DNA of 64,000 nt from an uncultured Methanosarcinales archaeon (GTDB taxonomy: Archaea > Nanobdellota > Nanobdellia > Woesearchaeales > BS150m-G63). Positions 47,001 to 57,100 of this stretch are shown one piece after another. The translations under genes were made by a program, and so were the position numbers. The stretch spans positions 30,236 to 94,235 of the forward strand of contig CAZVVW010000001.1 of assembly GCA_964630685.1 (NCBI GenBank), read 5' to 3'. The notes beneath the pieces were generated by a model. It saw only the letters and a list, made by a program, of their open reading frames with translations. It made no database searches and was not told the origin of the DNA. How positions within the stretch are numbered: the first letter of the stretch is position 1; each line of letters starts with the position of its first letter.

Positions 47001-47551
47001 AAGTGATGGTGAATGTGATTGGAGAAGATAAAAAAGATGTTACCATTACATTAAATAGGCATGCTCAAGATAAAATTCAATGTGGAAAGTGGCCCCAAAC
47101 ACATACTGGAAATGCTGGAGAACGGTTTGTTTTAACTAAAAGGTTTACTGATATTCCTTATGGTACTTATGATATAACTATTAGTAAATCAGGTGTTGAT
47201 GAGAAATCACAAGAGATATCTTTTATGGAAAAAGATAGAATAGTTAATATTGAGTATACAACTGGAAAAGCTGTTGAAAAATGTACTGATGAGTTTATAT
47301 TTAGTGAAACTGAATTGAATAAAATAAATGGAATGAATAGAGCTGATTTTAAGGAATTTTGGATGACAGATATTAAAGGAACTACACATAAAGTTAGTTA
47401 TAGTGGGAATCAATTTAAAATAGATAAATTTTGGTTCAGGGGCGCTAAACAAGTTTCTTATAATATTGAGATATATTATTTGAAAAATGAAAAACCTTAT
47501 AGAAGTACTGGAACTTATACTGTTTCAGAAAATCCCTGTGCATCATCATGA
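44087..47551 (+). CDS. Giant secreted protein (~1154 aa) with multiple CarboxypepD_reg-like beta-sandwich repeats and an SH3b-like domain, Cys-rich C-terminal part
   Basis: Repeats such as GAQITLKDDQGTSVVGVSGTTDANGGASLTVAEGTYTVIASKDGW; SH3b-like ...KGTLVDICEIDGDWTKVKSGSGVIVGWAKSEGL. The ORF track's TTG start at 44069 is unlikely; ATG at 44087 follows the upstream TAA by 1 nt. Confidence 0.5.
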   Translation: MKNKLMVGKRSLILLVLTIFLFMNLEVVFATPSIPPLPPINLNTITNRDVTIGTYDISSNNDPIGGIKVSFTGDSISQDVSCTTNNQNPGKGTCKIILPVDSYTLTFEEGLNYELDSSTSSLVLDVPETGSSTFNYMFNQVTTGTLKVEGVKEKLINGQENSLAGAQITLKDDQGTSVVGVSGTTDANGGASLTVAEGTYTVIASKDGWVTTEKTGVVITANQDTVVNNIPALDKENNLQLRYLIVKDDGSNTPINGIELYFEGNVVGTSGSNGRLESTIQSVNLKPILTFKGNGYDDKDGTPSADLSYSGWNVFEGVNAIQMVKSAPVLPACLSVIKKMNVTADLLDAYNIKDTSGTKNGTIPKGTLVDICEIDGDWTKVKSGSGVIVGWAKSEGLEDIVAPPLNLLVKVKGKRQDNTEFNINEQGKIFVDGVKKHDGVIDTSNPTSIGVNSAEHTIKVVMNGNSRFEEASVDKTKMEIDLLTAANTPLTILVNEKPGNLGNISVTVKNETGAFITNAVVKIQCSGCNEIDLTYISNGVYKAENVGIGTYKLIVSTGTNYLPFERANVIVSAGILTSITDVELLKPSKYVDFKVVVKNSTNTGIPLQDVLVSIPLYNSKEITDDQGKVTFTGLGRGASVEISAEKEGYFMIPVTKIVGDTEITLTMNLVGAMTGRLGISVFDEDGKCVELVKTDLKLTDINNMNPYLKQIGSLNKDNTYCGKYSWFVWNNVPSGEHTLLITKQGYDDYTTSITITPGGSMVVKNVILKGVVGDQCSDDEKSKCINDNKYVECKKIAGVRKWDLSNEIECGEEKFCVDKIGSLKRKANCVKEENKCASDESANYCAVECTGNSVSYKNGLFGTGNEHCKALYDDKKRCCLTEEEVGNLDTKAEQETLGTGECSKAQQGYHRCYADQLQKCSGSWYTLGLANLKWKQKEECPVNTHVCTVSDNKLDGACVKKSRVCDMKGNLQVMVNVIGEDKKDVTITLNRHAQDKIQCGKWPQTHTGNAGERFVLTKRFTDIPYGTYDITISKSGVDEKSQEISFMEKDRIVNIEYTTGKAVEKCTDEFIFSETELNKINGMNRADFKEFWMTDIKGTTHKVSYSGNQFKIDKFWFRGAKQVSYNIEIYYLKNEKPYRSTGTYTVSENPCASS

Positions 47552-49326
47552 ATAATAAAATAAAGATTGAAATGGGAATAATGGTTTTATTACTTGTGAG
47601 TATGTTAGTGGTTTTGGCTCCTTTAGTTGTTGGTGTTTCTGCTTTTAGTGATAATGTTGATATATGGGATGCTGCTGATACTTCTACTGTGCATAATGAT
47701 TGCAAAGACCACAATACTGATTGGTCGTGTCAATGTAGTAAAGACCAATGCGATGCTGTAAACGATTCGGACTGTAAAAAAGGTTTATGTACAGATTCTT
47801 CTGTGAGTGAGTTTTATTGTTGTAGTGATGCTGCTGCTGGTGTTACTGGGGGATTGTCTACTTTATGTAAAAAGTTTAAATTTAATGAAAAAATTAAAGG
47901 GGTAACAATAAATATTGGTGGTCAAACAGGCGTTTCTGATGAGGAGGGTGTTTTTATAAGGGACAGCGGAGATAAAAAGGATACTAATTGTTTTAATTTT
48001 GAATTGAAAACTACATTTGGAATGAATGCTCATTTGGAATGTAGTGGCCAAACTGGTACTCAATTAGTGTTTCCAGAAAGTGAGAAATTTGAATCTGTTT
48101 CGTTTTCTTATGAATTAGGAGAGAAAAATATGGCTAAAAAATATGGTTGTTCGGGAGATCCAGATTTAAGAACTCTTTGTAAAAAGTTTAAATTTAATGA
48201 AAAAATTAAAGGGGTAACAATAAATATTGGTGGTCAAACAGGCGTTTCTGATGAGGAGGGTGTTTTTATAAGGGACAGCGGAGATAAAAAGGATACTAAT
48301 TGTTTTAATTTTGAATTGAAAACTACATTTGGAATGAATGCTCATTTGGAATGTAGTGGCCAAACTGGTACTCAATTAGTGTTTCCAGAAAGTGAGAAAT
48401 TTGAATCTGTTTCGTTTTCTTATGAATTAGGAGAGAAAAATATGGCTAAAAAATATGGATGTGGGGCTGAAATTTCGGGTGTTGAAGATACTCCTAGTGT
48501 GCATAATGATTGCAAAGACCACAATACTGATTGGTCGTGTCAATGTAGTAAAGACCAATGCGATGCTGTAAACGATTCGGACTGTAAAAAAGGTTTATGT
48601 ACAGATTCTTCTGTGAGTGAGTTTTATTGTTGTAGTGATGCTGCTGCTGGTGTTACTGGGGGATTGGAATTGAATGAGGAGAGTTTAACGAATTTAACAC
48701 TACAAACAACAGAAATTAATACTGAAAAGGCTGAATTATGCGGAAATACAAATCTTACTTTACTTAAATCAGATTTTTCTCAACCAATTAAATGGAATAC
48801 TTATACTTGCCAAGAATTAAGTGGAACTAACAAAATAAGAGGTATTAATAAAAATTGCTATAAACAATCAGAATATGTTAAATCTACTTCTAATTATTAT
48901 GGATGTAAAGTTAGTACTAAATATTGTTGTCCTTTTATTGAAAATAGTGTAATTGATAATATTCAAATAACTAAAATAATAAATAGTTTAAATGCTAGAA
49001 AGAGTTTTATAACTGATCGTCTTCTTGTTTTATTTAAAACTGCTTTAATAGAATATGATACTGATAACAATGGAACTATTGAGAAATCTGAACAACCCAA
49101 TTGTGTTAATTGTCCAATGAAAATAGGTGACGTTCAAATAGAATTTAAATTCACAACAGAAACCAAACCAACACCAAGTAATACACATTTAATTCGAGAA
49201 ATAAGTAATACTAAATTTAAAATCGATGGATTAAAATACAACTTAAAAATAATATATAATGGAAATACTAAAGCACAATCATTAAATCGAGATTATACTG
49301 CAGAGATACCCTATGAAACACAATAA
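47548..49326 (+). CDS. Secreted Cys-rich protein (592 aa) containing perfect internal module duplications (A-B-B-A)
   Basis: ATGA start/stop overlap; see repeat feature. Confidence 0.5.
   Translation: MNNKIKIEMGIMVLLLVSMLVVLAPLVVGVSAFSDNVDIWDAADTSTVHNDCKDHNTDWSCQCSKDQCDAVNDSDCKKGLCTDSSVSEFYCCSDAAAGVTGGLSTLCKKFKFNEKIKGVTINIGGQTGVSDEEGVFIRDSGDKKDTNCFNFELKTTFGMNAHLECSGQTGTQLVFPESEKFESVSFSYELGEKNMAKKYGCSGDPDLRTLCKKFKFNEKIKGVTINIGGQTGVSDEEGVFIRDSGDKKDTNCFNFELKTTFGMNAHLECSGQTGTQLVFPESEKFESVSFSYELGEKNMAKKYGCGAEISGVEDTPSVHNDCKDHNTDWSCQCSKDQCDAVNDSDCKKGLCTDSSVSEFYCCSDAAAGVTGGLELNEESLTNLTLQTTEINTEKAELCGNTNLTLLKSDFSQPIKWNTYTCQELSGTNKIRGINKNCYKQSEYVKSTSNYYGCKVSTKYCCPFIENSVIDNIQITKIINSLNARKSFITDRLLVLFKTALIEYDTDNNGTIEKSEQPNCVNCPMKIGDVQIEFKFTTETKPTPSNTHLIREISNTKFKIDGLKYNLKIIYNGNTKAQSLNRDYTAEIPYETQ
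47688..48666 (+). repeat. Nested perfect direct repeats inside one gene: A1 47688-47856, B1 47866-48146, B2 48178-48458, A2 48498-48666 (A=169 bp, B=281 bp)
   Basis: Nucleotide-identical copies (offsets 810 and 312). Encodes the Cys-rich module HNDCKDHNTDWSCQCSKDQCDAVNDSDCKKGLC... x2 and the LCKKFKFNEKIKGVTINIGG... module x2. Confidence 0.85.
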
Positions 49327-51085
49327 AATGATAAAAAAATCAAATATATGGATTATTGGAATTTTAGTATTCATTTCTTTAGGTCTTACTGTATCTGTAC
49401 CTGTTAATGCTGAAGATTTAGGAATTTCTTTAGATTTAATTAGATCACTAGTGGCAGAAACGATGAGTGACTCTCAATCACAACAATCACAACAATCACC
49501 AATTTCTATAGTAGAGGATGAAACTGATTTAACTTCAGAAGAATTATCGTGTAATAACGACCAATCTAAATGTCATACAGAAGGATGGAATGGTGGTGGT
49601 GCTGGAAAAGAAGTAGAACCAGTGACATTTGGAAGTGAAACTATTAAATGTTATATAAATAATCAAGAAGACCATGAATGTAAAGGAACTGATGAGAATC
49701 CAACACCTTGTGTGTGTTATAGGATGAGGAGTTATGGTGAATGTATTTCTGGAACAAGGGCTTGTGAAATGGAAGCTAAGTATATGGATGGAAATAATAA
49801 TGAACAGGTTGGCCCATGTAAATGTGGTAATGGATATACTACTGAAGATAAACCTTTTTGTTTAGCTATAGCTGACCAAATATTTTCAACTAAATATGAA
49901 TGTGATGGATATAGTAATACAGCTGACCTATGCGATGAAACAAATTGTGCACAACCTTCTAGCCCACTTTGTGAAGGTAAGCCTTGTAGTGGTGGTGCTG
50001 GAACGTGTACTAATAGTGATCAAGGAATTGTGTGTCAAGCTGATGCTGGAGAAGTTGCATGTAATACTTTAGCACAAGGAAGAGCCAAGTTAATTAAAGT
50101 TGATGATTTAAGTTTTAGAAACCAAGTTAAAAATGATACGAGTGGGTCTAACATCCCAGGAGGTTATAGATGTTATGATGGAGATCACGCTGCTGGAACA
50201 AGTATATGGAGATTTCCCAATACAGCAGAATTAAGAGGTCATAAATGGAATCTAGATGGAGAAGAAAAAGAGATTGATTGGGAAAGATTCCAAAGAGAAT
50301 ATTTGGGTGTTACTAATAGTTATAGTGGACAAGGTAGTGAAGAGTTTAGGAGATTAGTTAATGGGAGAGAATATGCAAGGAATTATCAATGTTGTGTATT
50401 GGTTTCATCTGCTGATTACTCTTTATGGGGTGGATTTTTTGGACCTATAGATCCTAGAGCTCAATGGGTATGGGATAAAACAGGATTGGCAGAAATATAT
50501 GGTGATAAGGTTAATGAATTCTTTGGATTGGATAATTGGAGCCTTGGAGCTATGGAAAATATGACTGATTGGACTGATATGCTTTGTGATAGTGTTAGGG
50601 TTTCTGGAGAAATAGTAGAAGAACCAGAGACGTCTCAGATAGAAGAGGGAGGAATTGTTTATTCAGCTCAAGGAACAAGAGGAGAATGGTTGCCAGATTA
50701 TACTAGATTATATGAGGTTTCTTGGAGTTTACTTAATGAAAGAGGCTCTGATAAAGATATCAATGTTAGTGTTTATCTTAAAGAAGAAGGACAGAATTGT
50801 GAAAATAGCGAAGAGACTCCTGTTTCATGCAAAAAAGCAGCTAAATGGGAAGGTGATGATATAATTAGAAAATTAGTTGCAGAAGGAGAGTATATTTATG
50901 GATATTATTCTTTTTATTATAACCAAAGTGTTAATTTTACAAAAACGTGTGTGACTTATACAGGAGATGGAGGCAATTGTAATTTCCCAATGGTTGATGA
51001 GACTTATGATGCACCTGATCCAGCATTTAGTGAAGGTGAAGAAAACACAGGAGACTCAGAGGTAGATGAAGGTGGCTGGGTATAA
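49313..51085 (+). CDS. Secreted Cys-rich protein (590 aa)
   Basis: Signal peptide; many Cys; overlapping start/stop. Confidence 0.45.
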   Translation: MKHNKMIKKSNIWIIGILVFISLGLTVSVPVNAEDLGISLDLIRSLVAETMSDSQSQQSQQSPISIVEDETDLTSEELSCNNDQSKCHTEGWNGGGAGKEVEPVTFGSETIKCYINNQEDHECKGTDENPTPCVCYRMRSYGECISGTRACEMEAKYMDGNNNEQVGPCKCGNGYTTEDKPFCLAIADQIFSTKYECDGYSNTADLCDETNCAQPSSPLCEGKPCSGGAGTCTNSDQGIVCQADAGEVACNTLAQGRAKLIKVDDLSFRNQVKNDTSGSNIPGGYRCYDGDHAAGTSIWRFPNTAELRGHKWNLDGEEKEIDWERFQREYLGVTNSYSGQGSEEFRRLVNGREYARNYQCCVLVSSADYSLWGGFFGPIDPRAQWVWDKTGLAEIYGDKVNEFFGLDNWSLGAMENMTDWTDMLCDSVRVSGEIVEEPETSQIEEGGIVYSAQGTRGEWLPDYTRLYEVSWSLLNERGSDKDINVSVYLKEEGQNCENSEETPVSCKKAAKWEGDDIIRKLVAEGEYIYGYYSFYYNQSVNFTKTCVTYTGDGGNCNFPMVDETYDAPDPAFSEGEENTGDSEVDEGGWV

Positions 51086-51830
51086 TTTTATTAATTACCT
51101 TAAAAATGTTTTTAAGGTGTTTGGAAATAGTTTTAAATTAGATTTATCTTTTCTTTATAGTATCTTGTTAGATTTATTATTTTATCTCTCAATATTTTTT
51201 ACTTATAATGTATTATATAACATAATTATGGATAGGACATTCGAACTAATGAGTATGAGTGCAGTAGATTTAGGAATTGAACAAATAGGTATGATGGCTA
51301 AATCATTCATGCTGAAATTTTATTTGATGGTAGTTGTGGGAATAGTTTTGTTTATCTTTTTTTATGGAATATTTAAGTCATTAGTCTGGGCAATGACATT
51401 AAAATCAAAGATGAATAAAAAATACATGCAAAACTTTTCAATGTTGAGTTCTATAGGAATTATTTTTTGGGGATTAATAACTTATTTGATTATTGTAACC
51501 GTAACAATTGAAAACACTTTGATAATGTTATTTTTCTTTTTGTTTATCAATTATTTTACTAAAATACTTTTTACAGTATTTAGCCACCATAAATCAAACA
51601 TTAAAAAGAGTTTGAATAGCATGGTAGATATAGCTTTTAAAAAGTTTCACTTATTTATAATTCCTTATGTGTTAGAATTTGCAGTATTTTTAGTTTTATT
51701 TATAATTCTTGTAAATTTTAAATTTTTACCTTTAAGAACTTATTTAATTATAATCTTTTTTATATTTTTAATTTACTTTGCTTGGGCAAGAAAATACTTC
51801 TCAAGTGTGGTTAAAGGAATTATAAAATGA
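51066..51830 (+). CDS. Polytopic membrane protein, family member 2 of 3
   Basis: Motif sharing with 27844 and 60779; the true start may be a downstream ATG (~51228). Confidence 0.4.
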   Translation: MKVAGYNFINYLKNVFKVFGNSFKLDLSFLYSILLDLLFYLSIFFTYNVLYNIIMDRTFELMSMSAVDLGIEQIGMMAKSFMLKFYLMVVVGIVLFIFFYGIFKSLVWAMTLKSKMNKKYMQNFSMLSSIGIIFWGLITYLIIVTVTIENTLIMLFFFLFINYFTKILFTVFSHHKSNIKKSLNSMVDIAFKKFHLFIIPYVLEFAVFLVLFIILVNFKFLPLRTYLIIIFFIFLIYFAWARKYFSSVVKGIIK

Positions 51831-52090
51831 TATTATCAGCTATATTTGGACTTATTGGTGGAGTGACAAGAGCTTTTGTTGGATTATTGAAGTATTATAA
51901 TCTTAATAAAAGAGGTAAATTAAAACTTAGTTATATTCTTTTTACAGTGATTGCTTCTGGCTTCATAGGTGTTTTCTGCGGACTTTTAGTGTCTCAAAGC
52001 TATGTTCTTAGTATGTTGGGAGGATATGCTGGCACAGACTTAATAGAAGGGATATATAAAATTAGAAAACGGCAAGGAATTGTGATTTAG
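51827..52090 (+). CDS. Small 2-3 TM membrane protein (87 aa)
   Basis: ORF with hydrophobic helices; ATGA overlap. Confidence 0.3.
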   Translation: MILSAIFGLIGGVTRAFVGLLKYYNLNKRGKLKLSYILFTVIASGFIGVFCGLLVSQSYVLSMLGGYAGTDLIEGIYKIRKRQGIVI

Positions 52091-52186
52091 CGTCTTTAAA
52101 ATAATAACCTTTTTATAGTCAAAGAGTTTAAAATATTAAAGTCAGTAGAAATATCGGAATTTTAGCTTAAAAAAGAGGACATATTT

Positions 52187-54172
52187 ATGAGCAAAAGAGG
52201 ACAAGTAAGTCAGTTTGTACTAATGGGTATTGTATTAATTCTTGCTATTTCTGTAATTGTTTATGTTCGAGAAGAAAGTATTTTTTTTAGACCTAGTGTT
52301 GTGCTTCCTGCAAAAGTGCAACCAGTTGCTGGATTTGTAGAGACATGTGTAAAAGATCAAGGAATAGAAGCATTAGAATTGGCTGGTTATCAAGGTGGAT
52401 GGGTGGAGCTTCCTGACTATATTAATTATAATCCTTCTACATACATTAATTATGGTGGATTAAAAAAACCTTATTGGTATTATGGTGGTAGAATAATTGC
52501 ACCAACTATTGAGCAAGTTGAAATAGGACTTGCAGATTATCTTGATAAAGAATTACCTTATTGTCTAAACAATCTTTCTGTTTTTGAAAATGAGTTTGAA
52601 GTAAAAATTTATGATGAACCTAAAACAACTGTACAAATAGGTGAGAAAGCAGTAACTTTCAATCTGGAATATCCTGTTAGATTAACAGATAAAACAAATA
52701 GAACAAAAACAAAAGTACTCAATTTTCAATCAATAGTGCCAATTGCGTTTAAAGAATTATATGATTTTGGTATGAGAATATTAGAAATGGAAAATCAAGA
52801 GATGTTTTTTGAAAAAGCAACAGTTGATTTAATGGGGATGAATAAAAATATTCCATTTACAGGACTTAATTTTAAATGTATTTCTGGGCCAATGGAGTGG
52901 AAGGTTGCTGATGTGAGCAGAGAGATAAGGGAATCATTAACAAAAGATATTCATAGAATTAGGATAAAGAATTCAGATTATGTGCCTTTTTATGACGATG
53001 AAAGTGTTTATGAAAGTATCCAAGAAGAATTTGGTGGGGTTGAAGGGAAAACAAAGATTGTTGAGGCTAATATAGTGCCAGATTATGTTCCAATTGATGC
53101 TTATGATTATTTTCATTATTTTTGGGATGTAGGAATAGAGCCCACACGATTTAAAGCTAATTTTAATTATCTTCCTGATTATGGTATAAGATTAAACGTA
53201 AGACCTAGTGAAAAAGGTGTAATGAAAAGTAATGTTGCTAAAGGAACTAGTTATTTGAATTTTTTATGTTTACATGTGCATCATTTTAGTTATGATGTTA
53301 ATTATCCTGTAGAAGTTATGATTAGGGATGATGAAAGTCTTAATGGGCAAGGTTATGTGCTTAGATATGCTTTTCCAGTTATAATTGATCATAATGTGCC
53401 AAATAGACAAAGAACTTCTTCATCTATATTTGATGCTGTTCCTTCTATAAGAGATTATAGTGTTGAATGTGAAGATAAAGAAGGAGATTATACTGTGATT
53501 GCTAATGGGTATGATGAATATTTATTTGAAAGTGAATTAAATAATGTAAGCATAGCTTATGATTGTTTGAAATATATGTGTGATTTAGGCAATACAGGCC
53601 ATACTGGAGAGAGTTATCATAATTTGAATACTGGACTTCCTACTGGATGTTTACATGGATTTGTTGAAGCAAATAAGGAAGGGTATCTTACAACAAGAAA
53701 ACAAGTGACTGCTGACGATATGGAAACAGGACTTATCGAGTTCTGGATACCAAAACTTCAGAGTTTTAATTATAGTATTGTTAAACAGAAATACTATCCT
53801 GCAACAGAAACTTTTGGTGCAGAAGAACCCTTTAATGGAACTGCAAGCATTAATTTAAGAGTAGATGAACTCAAATTTGATGAAAGAGAATTATTGGATC
53901 CAGAGCAAAATCAAGAGCAGAAAATCAATATTTTGGCTGAAGAAGCAATGACTTATAGGTTAGAAATAACTTTATTAGACACAAATGATACTGTTGTTGG
54001 AGGATTTATGGGTGATTGGATTATTGGTTTAGATTTTATAGGTAAAGAAAAAATAGTTTTCAAAACTTTTGAATACTGGCCAACACCCACAAATGAAGAT
54101 GAAGAGATGAATATGTATGTTTATTTAGGTGAAGGAAATTATACTGAAATATTAAAACCTAAATTTGAATAA
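52187..54172 (+). CDS. Large protein with class III (type IV pilin-like) signal peptide (MSKRG|QVSQFVLMGIVLILAISVIVYV), family member 3 of 3
   Basis: SD-like aagagga 8 nt upstream; paralogous region …VAGFVETCVKDQGIEALELAGYQGGWVELPDY…. Confidence 0.55.
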   Translation: MSKRGQVSQFVLMGIVLILAISVIVYVREESIFFRPSVVLPAKVQPVAGFVETCVKDQGIEALELAGYQGGWVELPDYINYNPSTYINYGGLKKPYWYYGGRIIAPTIEQVEIGLADYLDKELPYCLNNLSVFENEFEVKIYDEPKTTVQIGEKAVTFNLEYPVRLTDKTNRTKTKVLNFQSIVPIAFKELYDFGMRILEMENQEMFFEKATVDLMGMNKNIPFTGLNFKCISGPMEWKVADVSREIRESLTKDIHRIRIKNSDYVPFYDDESVYESIQEEFGGVEGKTKIVEANIVPDYVPIDAYDYFHYFWDVGIEPTRFKANFNYLPDYGIRLNVRPSEKGVMKSNVAKGTSYLNFLCLHVHHFSYDVNYPVEVMIRDDESLNGQGYVLRYAFPVIIDHNVPNRQRTSSSIFDAVPSIRDYSVECEDKEGDYTVIANGYDEYLFESELNNVSIAYDCLKYMCDLGNTGHTGESYHNLNTGLPTGCLHGFVEANKEGYLTTRKQVTADDMETGLIEFWIPKLQSFNYSIVKQKYYPATETFGAEEPFNGTASINLRVDELKFDERELLDPEQNQEQKINILAEEAMTYRLEITLLDTNDTVVGGFMGDWIIGLDFIGKEKIVFKTFEYWPTPTNEDEEMNMYVYLGEGNYTEILKPKFE

Positions 54173-54179
54173 GATTAAG

Positions 54180-57100
54180 ATGGAAAGAAAACTAAAAACA
54201 GTACAAGTGATGGCAATAGTGATAATCCAATTAATGTTAATCACACCATTAGCTAGTGCTGTACTTATTCAAGGGGTGGATGTTGAGGTTAGTGGAAATT
54301 CAGCTGTTATCACTTGGACAACAACTGACCCAACTACTACCACAATTAATTATGGAGATACAACATTAAAGGAAAATAGTGTTTCTGATACTAATCTTTT
54401 AGAAGAACATACTATGGAGATAGTTGGATTGAGTCCTGAAACTAAATATTATTATGATATTGTTGCTGAAGATGCAAATAGTAGTAGTACAGAATATTCT
54501 AGTAATTTTATTACAGCAGATATAACTTCACCACCAAAAGTGAGTGGAATTCTAAATGGTACAATTACTGAAACTTCTATTGAATTATTATGGGCACATG
54601 TTAATGTTGTTGATTTTAATCATTATAACATTTTTAGAGATGGAGTTAATATTCATAATGCGACTTCCATTAGTCATGTTGATGATGGATTGATTGCTGG
54701 AATGAGTTATACTTATACTATCTCTGCAGTTGATGACAGCGGAAATATGGGTGAGAGTTCAGACCCCTTTACAGTTTCTACATTGGCTCCAGATATTACT
54801 GGTCCGGCTGTGTTTAATATAAGTATTTTAGCACTTACAGATTCTACAGCTGTGATTGGATGGAATACAGATGAAGAGAGCAATTCAATTATTAATTATG
54901 GTACTTCAGAGTCCTCTTTGGGGTTGAGTGTAACTGATCTTGCGTTAGTCATAGAACATTCTTTGACGATGATAGGGCTGACTAAAGATATTAGATATGT
55001 GTATGTTGTGCAATCTTGCGATGAAGCAGGTAATTGCGATAATTCAGAACCACTTGCGTTCACAGCAGGAGCAGATTACACTCCCCCATTTATTAATGCC
55101 ACAATTCCTGAATATTACAATGGATTGGAAATAGATTTTGATGTTTTTACAGAAAATCATAGTGATGTGCTTGTTTATGTGAATGATATATACAGGCGTT
55201 CTGGAAATAGTGGTTCAGAAGGGAAGGTTTCTTTTAGAAATGTTGATCTAGATAGTGTTTTAGGCACTAATGTTATTAGGATTGAAGCTGTTGATCAAAT
55301 TGGAAATGAAGCTGTTCAAAATTATAATTTGGAACTAGATTTTGTTGCTCCTGTTATGGATATAACCACAAATGTCACTAATCTTACAACTGAAAGGAGT
55401 ATTACAATACAAGGAAATGTTGATGAGCTGAGTACAATTAGATTCTTTTTAGAATTAGATCCATTTGATACAACACCGCCTGAAAAAGTGACTGAATTGG
55501 TTGCTGTTAATGTTGAAACTAATAATGTTGAATTAGAGTGGAAAAAAAGTATAGCAGAAGATTTTAATTATTATTTAATTTATAGAGAAGATATAGGACT
55601 TATTGCAACCTCTACAAGGGAAAATTATAAAGATGAAAATGTTAATTCTGGAATAACTTATAATTATTGGGTGATTGCTGTTGATAATGATTGTATTAAA
55701 GGAGGGGGTTCTGATGTTATAGCTGTTAGAACTCAAGAGGGTGAAGAGGCAATTGTTGAGTTGGATGTAGAACAAGTAGTTGCAGAATGTGATATCACAT
55801 CACCAGAAGTTGAATTAGAAACAAGTGGATATTTTAGTGAAAAAATAAATCTAAGAAAAGGGATTAATAAAATAAAAGTAGAAGCTAGTGATAAAGCTGG
55901 TAATGCTGTTGTTTGGGAAGTGCAAACAATTCATGATACTGATGCTCCAAAGTTTGTTTCTGATAATATTGATGCATTAAATCCTAGTTATAGTGAATAT
56001 GTCACAATAAAAGGGCAAGTGGATGAACCATCAACTGTTTATGTCTATCTAAATGAACGTGTTGTTCCAGATCATTTTACTCAAACTGATAATCAAGGTA
56101 ATTTTGCTGTCGAAGTTCAATTAAGAAAAGACGAAGAGATTGGAAGGGCAGGTGAATTAAAGTGGAGAAATGAATTAACTTTAATGGCTGTGGATATTGC
56201 TGGTTTAAACGGCACAATAGATGGAAGAATAGATTTTTCTAGATGTGGTGGCGGAAACATGGATTGGATTGTTAACACAAGAGATTTATATCCAGATTCA
56301 CTTGTTCCAAGACTTTTATTAGAAGGGATGGGACAATTTACTTTAGGTGTTGATTTAGAATGGCAAGGTGCTGGGGCTGAACCAGAAAGATTTAATGCAA
56401 TACCCAGAATTGAAAAATTAGATTTAAGTATAGAAGAAAAAGTAAATTATGATGAAGAATATTTAAGATCTAGAGTGTTGATGCCAGACAGAAAAGATAG
56501 AACTTTGACTGTGCTTGTTGATATAAATGCATTACCTGACCCAACTCCTGCTGGAGAAAATTGGACTTCTTATGATAAAGAAGATAATATAAGCAAAATG
56601 CATGCAGGTGAATGTTTTGGAAGTTCTACTTTATCTAATGTTGGAGTAGATGTTATGGAAGGTGTTGGATGTATAAAGGCACCCCTTGAACTTATTTTGA
56701 AATATAAATGCGAAGAGTATGATAGTCATGGATATTTGAGAAATGAAACTTGTATACAAAAAGAGTGCATTTTTGTTGATATGCTTATTGAACCAAGAAT
56801 AGATCCTAGTAAGATGTTTAATAAAGATTTATTAGGTGCAATGGTTGGATTTTTGAATGGTTCTATTGAGGCAATAAATGCCGTTTTGGAATCTTTAGAG
56901 ACTGTTTCTAGGATTACAATGGCTGGATGTGCTGTTGGTTGGGCTTTATTGACTGTTAAGAAAGTATCTGAGTTTAAAGCTTGTTATGTTTCAACTAGTT
57001 TTAAAGATTTAATTGCTAATTTACAATTAGAAGAAATTTGCGAAAGTTGTAATGTGGTAGATGGTTCTGTGATTTGTCCAATAAGTGATGATGATATTAA

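Noticed and set aside
54165-54179. TTG/GTG starts proposed by the ORF track (54165, 44069, 1124, 28673)
   Set aside because: Each has an in-frame ATG slightly downstream that gives a canonical signal peptide, SD spacing or a conserved N-terminus; ATG starts adopted.
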